From assembly GCA_045568115.1 (NCBI GenBank), contig JBJLBO010000005.1, positions 249,048-313,047 on the forward strand: a stretch of 64,000 bases of DNA, written 5' to 3'. The notes under the pieces are model-generated. The model was not told where the DNA came from. It searched no databases and saw only the letters and a program-made list of their open reading frames with translations. The DNA is from Candidatus Thalassarchaeaceae archaeon (lineage in GTDB: Archaea > Thermoplasmatota > Poseidoniia > Poseidoniales > Thalassarchaeaceae). Within the stretch, counting starts at the first letter, position 1; the number at the start of each line of letters is the position of its first letter. The position numbers were made by a program, and so were the translations under genes. Below, piece by piece: positions 57,709-64,000 of this stretch.

Positions 57709-57725
57709 CCGCCCCGTAGGGGCGG
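57709..57725. terminator. GC-rich hairpin between the GATase gene and hppA (possible terminator or processing site)
   Basis: CCGCCCC-GTA-GGGGCGG, 11 nt after the stop codon. Confidence 0.4.
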
Positions 57726-57785
57726 GTACCAACGATTCGGATTAAATAGAGTCCTCCGGTCGGCGGCACAACATAGGTGAACACC

Positions 57786-59840
57786 ATGGACATTGCAATG
57801 ATAGGAATCGGAGTAGGTGCGGCTGGATTGGCAATAGCACTTTTCCTCTATACACAGGTACAAAAAATCGAGATCGAAAATGAGACTGTCGCAGACATAA
57901 CTGAACAAATTCAGACTGGAGCTATGGCTTTCTTGAATGCTGAATACAAATATCTCAGTATTTTTATTATCATAGTGGCTGCTCTTCTCTTCTTCATCAA
58001 TGATGGAGAATTTGAAACCCCAGCGGCTTTCCTTGCAGGTGCAATTTGTAGCGTAGCAGCAGGATACTCCGGTATGCGCTCAGCAACCAGTGCAAATGGA
58101 CGTACAGCAATGGCGGCCGCATCTGGTGGCCAATCCGCTGCTCTAGAAGTTTCATACAACGGAGGAGCCGTAATGGGACTATCCGTTGGAGGTCTAGGCC
58201 TCATGGGAATTTCTCTGATGGCATATTGGCTTGGAACTGGACCTGAGGTTCAGAACATCGCTGGGTTTGGAATGGGTGCTTCTTCTATCGCGCTCTTCGC
58301 TCGCGTAGGTGGTGGAATATACACTAAGGCTGCAGATGTCGGTGCTGACCTAGTTGGTAAGGTAGAAGCAGGAATCCCTGAAGATGATCCACGTAACCCT
58401 GGTGTAATCGCAGACAATGTTGGTGACAACGTTGGTGATGTAGCAGGTATGGGAGCAGATATTTTCGAGTCCTTTGTTGGGTCAATTATCGCTGCTATGG
58501 TAATCGCCCAAGCCTCTGATGGAATGATTGAGGATTATATTACGCTCCCGATTATGCTAGGTCTTGTAGGATATGCAGCGTCAATCATTGGTGTATTCAG
58601 CATGAAGTTGTTGAAGGGAACTGATCCTGCTGCCGCACTAAGAAACACCACATTCATCGCTGCTGCTCTATTCTGGGCAGGTGGATGGTTCGGTATCGAT
58701 TACTTTGGTCTTGAAACAGGAACTGAACCAATGATGGCAGTTATCGCTGGTTCTATTGTTGGAATCTTAATTGGTCTAGTAACCGAATACTACACTGGAA
58801 TTGAACCTGTATTTGGCATTCCAGTGAAGGCTATACCACATATTGGAGATATGTCAAAGACTGGTCCTGCAACAAATGCAATTGCGGGTCTATCTGTAGG
58901 AATGATGTCAACTTTCCTTCCAATTCTATTAATCGCTGCAGGAATTTATTCCGCAAATTGGGCTATGATGGAAACTGATGGAGCTACTACAGCTCATGGT
59001 CTCTATGGGATAGCAATGGCTGCAATGGGAATGCTAGCAACTGTTGGTGTGACCATGACTGTTGATGCATATGGTCCGGTTGCAGACAATGCTGGTGGAA
59101 TTTCAGAAATGGCAGAACTCGGTCCTGAAGTCCGTGAGATTACAGACAGCCTCGACTCAATCGGTAACACTACCGCGGCTATCGGAAAGGGATTCGCAAT
59201 TGGTAGTGCAGCACTGACCGCTCTTGCTCTTTTCGCTGCATACGGAACTGCTGCAGGACTAGAAGCAGCAGACTTGGCACTTACCGAGCCAGAGGTTGTA
59301 ATCGGATTACTGATTGGAGGTGCTCTACCATTCGTAGTAGCCGCCATGACTATGACATCAGTTGGTAAGGCGGCTAACGACATGGTTGTTGAAATCCGCC
59401 GACAATTCGCAGAAATTGATGGTCTTCTAGAAGGTCGTGAAGGTGTTAAGCCAGATAGTCAGCGCTGTGTTGAAATATCAACACAGGCTGCTCTTCGAGA
59501 GATGATAATGCCAGGAATAGTTGCAATATCTGCACCAATAATTGTTGGAATGGCTATTGGGCCTGAAGCCCTAGGTGGACTACTTGCTGGTTCTCTAGTC
59601 TCTGGAGTTCTTATGGCTCTCTTCATGGCAAACGCCGGTGGAGCTTGGGACAATGCAAAGAAGGCTATTGAGCAGGGTCACATCGAAGGTGCAGTAAAGG
59701 GAGATTCATCCCACGACGCTGCAATTATCGGTGACACAATTGGTGACCCATTCAAGGACACAAGCGGACCTTCACTGAACATTCTCATCAAGTTGATGTC
59801 GATTGTTGCAGTCGTTGGAGCCTCTAGCGGTCTCTTCTGA
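57786..59840 (+). CDS. hppA: Membrane-bound K+-dependent pyrophosphatase, probably Na+-pumping
   Basis: [45 protein letters not shown] motifs. AGGTGA SD precedes the ATG at 57786; TTAAAT lies upstream. Confidence 0.96.
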   Translation: MDIAMIGIGVGAAGLAIALFLYTQVQKIEIENETVADITEQIQTGAMAFLNAEYKYLSIFIIIVAALLFFINDGEFETPAAFLAGAICSVAAGYSGMRSATSANGRTAMAAASGGQSAALEVSYNGGAVMGLSVGGLGLMGISLMAYWLGTGPEVQNIAGFGMGASSIALFARVGGGIYTKAADVGADLVGKVEAGIPEDDPRNPGVIADNVGDNVGDVAGMGADIFESFVGSIIAAMVIAQASDGMIEDYITLPIMLGLVGYAASIIGVFSMKLLKGTDPAAALRNTTFIAAALFWAGGWFGIDYFGLETGTEPMMAVIAGSIVGILIGLVTEYYTGIEPVFGIPVKAIPHIGDMSKTGPATNAIAGLSVGMMSTFLPILLIAAGIYSANWAMMETDGATTAHGLYGIAMAAMGMLATVGVTMTVDAYGPVADNAGGISEMAELGPEVREITDSLDSIGNTTAAIGKGFAIGSAALTALALFAAYGTAAGLEAADLALTEPEVVIGLLIGGALPFVVAAMTMTSVGKAANDMVVEIRRQFAEIDGLLEGREGVKPDSQRCVEISTQAALREMIMPGIVAISAPIIVGMAIGPEALGGLLAGSLVSGVLMALFMANAGGAWDNAKKAIEQGHIEGAVKGDSSHDAAIIGDTIGDPFKDTSGPSLNILIKLMSIVAVVGASSGLF

Positions 59841-59893
59841 ATTTACGGACTGCAAAGCGTCAGGCTCTTGACAGGCCTATGAGAGGACATACC

Positions 59894-60856
59894 ATGCGCG
59901 CAGCATCTGCACTGGGCATGACACTTGTTCTGCTCGTCACCTCGGTGGCCGGTTGTGCGGGTTTTGGAGATGGAGGTTCAGGTGGTGGCTCAAGTGATGC
60001 AATTGAGGTACCGCAATGGAATGTTGGAGACTGGTGGCTCTACACTTTCTCTACTCCAGATTATTCAGATGATACGGCTCGATTAGTAGTCGCTTCAGAT
60101 AGTGAAGAAGATGGTACAGCGTATATGCTAGCAATCTCTAGTATTACTGAAGCTCATAGACACGCTGTTCTCAATCACAATCCATTTTTGGGACGAATTA
60201 CTCATGACAATCTCAGCGCCTATGAAAATGGCATGCCACAACCTGTTCTGACCTTCCCTTTGAAGGAAGATATGAGTTGGTCATTTTCTCTATTCAGCAA
60301 TGACTGGACTGCTAATGTTCTAGATATCGCAGGTGATGTTGCTGTTATCTCTGCACAGGCAGCAGATGGCGCACGACTGGATTACGTGTTTAATGAGGAA
60401 ATTGGTTTCTTCTCATCATTCATTTGGACAGATTCAGAAGAAATTCAGCAGTTAAGAATGATGCATGCCACAGATGGTGAATCACATACAGGAGAAGTGT
60501 ACTTCACACGCGGCGGGGATCTATACAGCAAAGATTGGGATAACTCAGGTCCAGATGCAGAAATTAGAGACTCATTCTTCGTAAATGACCATCCTAATGA
60601 TGGTGCTTGGGATCAAATGATCTATTTCCTAGATGCTTCTTGTGGTAGTGGTGGATCAACAATCACACTGACACTGCGTGACCATCTTTCAGTCTCAGCA
60701 CTGCAAAGGACGTGGGGGCCTGGAGCAGAAGAATATGGGACTCTGGGCACATTACCTTACCCAAGTGAAGAATATACCCTAACTCTAACATTTACAGGAG
60801 ATACTCACCTACGTATCCATATCGCTGGTGGAATTACCCAATCTTGGACTCTTTAG
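59894..60856 (+). CDS. Secreted lipoprotein of unknown function
   Basis: Lipobox SVAGC, Gly/Ser linker, VPQWNVGDWW-x-Y motif. Confidence 0.75.
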   Translation: MRAASALGMTLVLLVTSVAGCAGFGDGGSGGGSSDAIEVPQWNVGDWWLYTFSTPDYSDDTARLVVASDSEEDGTAYMLAISSITEAHRHAVLNHNPFLGRITHDNLSAYENGMPQPVLTFPLKEDMSWSFSLFSNDWTANVLDIAGDVAVISAQAADGARLDYVFNEEIGFFSSFIWTDSEEIQQLRMMHATDGESHTGEVYFTRGGDLYSKDWDNSGPDAEIRDSFFVNDHPNDGAWDQMIYFLDASCGSGGSTITLTLRDHLSVSALQRTWGPGAEEYGTLGTLPYPSEEYTLTLTFTGDTHLRIHIAGGITQSWTL

Positions 60857-60864
60857 GTGTGAAT

Positions 60865-61461
60865 ATGAGCCATGGCACTTTAGTAATGATGCATGGAATG
60901 ACAGGCACGGCTGCTAAGATGCAGCCACTGGCTGAAAGTCTAGCACCCGAAGGTTGGGATGTTCTATGCCCTCAGGCAGAGATTGAACATCCTACAAAAG
61001 GTGGTTATGCTTGGTGGTTAAGAGCAGACGATACAATATCTCACGTTCTTGATTCGTCTTCTCAATCAAATGTGAATGATTCACTAATTCGAGTCACTCA
61101 AGAGATACCTGATGGGCCAATTATTGTGGGTGGATTCTCTCAAGGAGGAGCAATGGCTTCCGCTTTACTAGAAACTGATGTTCAAGACAGAATATTTGGA
61201 CTCGTTCTAATAGCAACTAAAACCATACGACCTGAATCTCTAGATGCATCTCTGCCTTTCCTAAAACCTCGACCTGTGGTTTGGATGCATGGCAAAAGTG
61301 ACCACCTCGTGCCTATCGATTATGGATATGAACACGCTGAGATTTTCGAAGCGGCTGATTGGCCGGTTATTCGATTCGAGCATGAGAAGGGGCACATGGT
61401 AAATCAGAATCAATTCGATGAATTAAAGACTGCAATCCAAGAAATGGCAAATTCAATCTAA
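60865..61461 (+). CDS. Phospholipase/carboxylesterase family alpha/beta hydrolase
   Basis: MHG, GFSQG, HG-x-x-D-x-x-VP, GH motifs. Confidence 0.88.
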   Translation: MSHGTLVMMHGMTGTAAKMQPLAESLAPEGWDVLCPQAEIEHPTKGGYAWWLRADDTISHVLDSSSQSNVNDSLIRVTQEIPDGPIIVGGFSQGGAMASALLETDVQDRIFGLVLIATKTIRPESLDASLPFLKPRPVVWMHGKSDHLVPIDYGYEHAEIFEAADWPVIRFEHEKGHMVNQNQFDELKTAIQEMANSI

Positions 61462-61722
61462 GTAAATCAGAAGATGATCTGAACCACCAACGAATACAGG
61501 ATTTTCACCTCTCATATCAAAACAGATTGGAACCGTGCGATGACCTGTCTCACGCATTACTTCCCAGCGTAATTCACCTTCATGATCGAAGTTTACTTCT
61601 GTGTAAGTTAGACCTTTTGCGGCGAGTGCATTTTTTGCACGAGTGCAATAGGGACAAACGGTTTGGGTGAATAGAACAAAGTCTGTTTCACTCGATTCAA
61701 GCCAATGATGCATGCTCGCCAA
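61453..61722 (-). CDS. Glutaredoxin
   Basis: CPYC, TVP, VGG-x-D motifs. Confidence 0.9.
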   Translation of the reverse strand: MASMHHWLESSETDFVLFTQTVCPYCTRAKNALAAKGLTYTEVNFDHEGELRWEVMRETGHRTVPICFDMRGENPVFVGGSDHLLIYLD

Positions 61723-64000
61723 GTTCTGCTCCCTCCATCACTTGTCCTTCCTCATTCCACCAACTTTCATCTCCGTCTTCATCGTCATCATCGAGGCGCC
61801 CTTCAAGGACTCTATCAGTCTCATCCTCATCAATAAAAATCAACATAATTACAGTTAGCATTGTCAATGCCGCGCCGATGTATATAGCTGTGGAATAATT
61901 GAAAACTTCAATCATCCGGCCAGTTAATCCGTATGCTATTACGCCTGAGAGATTGAATAGGGACATATATGCTGTAAATTGAGTTCCACCAACTTTGCTC
62001 CATGTTAATCTCATGCTTAGAGAAATAATACAAATCCAAGCAATACCACCAACGAAGGCCTGAATGATGAGGTAGAATGTCATCAGTGTAGTATTATTCC
62101 ACATTGGTTCCAAGAAGGCTAGTGTAGCATTTGCTAGAGCGAGAATGGTGAATCCAACCATTGCTACTCTTCTAGTACCATACTTATCCCCTAGCAGACC
62201 TCCAAATATTTGTCCAAATAATGCACCAAATACAACAATTCCTCCAACAATTCCATTGTACTTTGCTTGTGACCAACCCGCTTCATTGATGAAAATATCA
62301 ATTACAATTGGGCCGACAAAGATGTATAACTCTGAAAGAAGACAAAGTCCAATCAAAAGTAAAGCTGATCGAACAGAAAAGGCCTTGGCAAGATAAAAAG
62401 AGGTTCTAGCTACAGCATTTCTGCTAGATGTAGGAATTAATTTGAATGGATTAATAATCGAAGGTAGATTATCATTCAATTTAGAAACTAATAATGAAAG
62501 AACTGCTAATGAAATAATTGAGTAACTAGCTGGGTTTGTAATTTCTCTCAAAGAACCACCGAGAGACCAGTCAATAGTAAATACATCAACTGCGAAGCCT
62601 AAGAACCAAATTGATAAACCAACAATTGCAAAGAAAGATGCGAATGAAATTTTTTCTTCTGATACACTGTATCCTACGGTTCGAGCCACTCTAAAGTCAA
62701 TCTCATCCTCCCATGGAGTTTCTGATTCTTCATCATCTTGACCACCTTGTTCTTCATCAGAATCAGATAAGACCGCTTCTACCACAGACCATGGGAATAA
62801 CTTGACTCCTGGCTTCTCAACCATGGTTAGAGGTACTGAAATAATGGCTAGAAGTAACACCAATTGAGCCACTATCACACCTGAAATATCGATGTATGAT
62901 ACAAGGACTCCGAGGACTGCCCCTCCAACTATTATTCCACCTCTCTTAGCTGCAAACATAAATCCGTTAACTTTCGCTACTTCGTCAGGCTGCAGAATTT
63001 CTACAGCAAGTGCATCAGTTGCTACATCTTGAAGGGAGGCGAAAATATTGTGAATAAACAAAATTCGAGTAACAAGTTCAATTTTACTATTGAGATCCGG
63101 AATTAATATCAGACTTCCTAATGTCAATGCCATTCCAGTTTGAGCAAAAAGAATCCATTGTCTACGAGGACCAAATCTCTCAATAAAGACAGAGTCGACA
63201 ATAGGCCCCCAAATCCACTTGAATGTCCATGGAAGTGCAATAGTTGCGAATAGTACGGCGATATCACCGATTGGAGTTCCATTTTTCACTAAGTAAGCAG
63301 CAAAGGTAACACTAGCGAATCCCCAAGGTAATCCTTGAGCGAAGTAAAGAAGACAGAGAGTAGTAATCCTTCGGGTTTTGTTTACGGTTAATGCCCCTCC
63401 TTTTCTCCATTCTGAAAATGCATTTTTGGTACCACTAACCAAAGTTGGACCCCAAATCATTGGATTAATCTTCTCTAATGTCCCCAAACCCCATTCAGCA
63501 AAATCAAACTCCTCTTCAGATTCTGCCCTCCAGCCTTCACGGTATCCTACCCAACCTAGAAGAATAGTTATGGCAATGAAAGGAAGAATGAAAATAATTG
63601 GGCCGAGATTTGTTTTTCCAGCATTAGAACCTACATCAGTTAATGAAACATAAATCGGGAATTCTGCATGAACGTCTCCGGGACTTCCACCTTCATCTGA
63701 GTAGTACATTCGGAAATTTCCAGAGCAATCTGATCCAGGAGTTGGTATCGGAGATTGACAAAGTGGACCACCCTCAGCAGGAACTGAGTAAGCAACAGAG
63801 ATTGAAATCTGAGTATCTTGAGCCCAAGCTCTGATTGAATCATTTACTAGAATATCCCACTGGGTTGTGAAATCGTTTCCATTGTTAACTGAATTTGCAG
63901 GCTCGACATGCTGAGAAATTTGTTCTTGACCTCTGAATAAGGTCAGGGTAAGATCTGTACAGTCATTTCCACAATTACCTGACTCGATGTTAAACTTCAT
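61697..64000 (-). CDS. AmpG-like MFS transporter fused to an N-terminal extracellular domain (probably truncated by window edge)
   Basis: LYFAQGLPWGF, LPWTFKWIWGPIVD, QDVATDALA, GTQFTAYMSLFN motifs; Cys-containing beta-rich region and an extra TM upstream. Confidence 0.85.
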   Translation of the reverse strand: MKFNIESGNCGNDCTDLTLTLFRGQEQISQHVEPANSVNNGNDFTTQWDILVNDSIRAWAQDTQISISVAYSVPAEGGPLCQSPIPTPGSDCSGNFRMYYSDEGGSPGDVHAEFPIYVSLTDVGSNAGKTNLGPIIFILPFIAITILLGWVGYREGWRAESEEEFDFAEWGLGTLEKINPMIWGPTLVSGTKNAFSEWRKGGALTVNKTRRITTLCLLYFAQGLPWGFASVTFAAYLVKNGTPIGDIAVLFATIALPWTFKWIWGPIVDSVFIERFGPRRQWILFAQTGMALTLGSLILIPDLNSKIELVTRILFIHNIFASLQDVATDALAVEILQPDEVAKVNGFMFAAKRGGIIVGGAVLGVLVSYIDISGVIVAQLVLLLAIISVPLTMVEKPGVKLFPWSVVEAVLSDSDEEQGGQDDEESETPWEDEIDFRVARTVGYSVSEEKISFASFFAIVGLSIWFLGFAVDVFTIDWSLGGSLREITNPASYSIISLAVLSLLVSKLNDNLPSIINPFKLIPTSSRNAVARTSFYLAKAFSVRSALLLIGLCLLSELYIFVGPIVIDIFINEAGWSQAKYNGIVGGIVVFGALFGQIFGGLLGDKYGTRRVAMVGFTILALANATLAFLEPMWNNTTLMTFYLIIQAFVGGIAWICIISLSMRLTWSKVGGTQFTAYMSLFNLSGVIAYGLTGRMIEVFNYSTAIYIGAALTMLTVIMLIFIDEDETDRVLEGRLDDDDEDGDESWWNEEGQVMEGAELGEHASLA

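Noticed and set aside
1-64000. Defence systems, integrases, transposases, prophage genes, rRNA or CRISPR
   Set aside because: No matching motifs or repeat-spacer structure were seen, and all intergenic gaps are short.

Overview
Gene-dense, AT-rich archaeal chromosomal segment. The archaeal assignment rests on TBP, ABCE1, archaeosine TGT, CTP-dependent riboflavin kinase, DRG GTPase and an archaeal-type SepF. The large acidic secreted proteins and many bacterial-like enzymes most resemble Marine Group II Euryarchaeota (Poseidoniales); this is inference. About 56 CDS are present; I found no rRNA, tRNA, CRISPR or mobile element. Main observations: (1) a glycerophosphodiester phosphodiesterase whose catalytic IIGHRG strand sits at the C-terminus, an apparent circular permutation; (2) a recurrent non-canonical core-promoter-like motif YT(C/G)AA 25-30 nt upstream of many start codons, twice shared by divergent gene pairs, alongside a TBP with a 53-aa insertion; (3) transporters with grafted acidic ectodomains, two carrying TSP3-like Ca-binding motifs; (4) a single-chain aconitase X in large-small order plus mevalonate kinase; (5) a PolX with the third catalytic Asp replaced by Gln; (6) a frameshifted tandem paralog of a C26 gamma-glutamyl hydrolase. 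All functional calls come from motif recognition by eye; no database searches were run.
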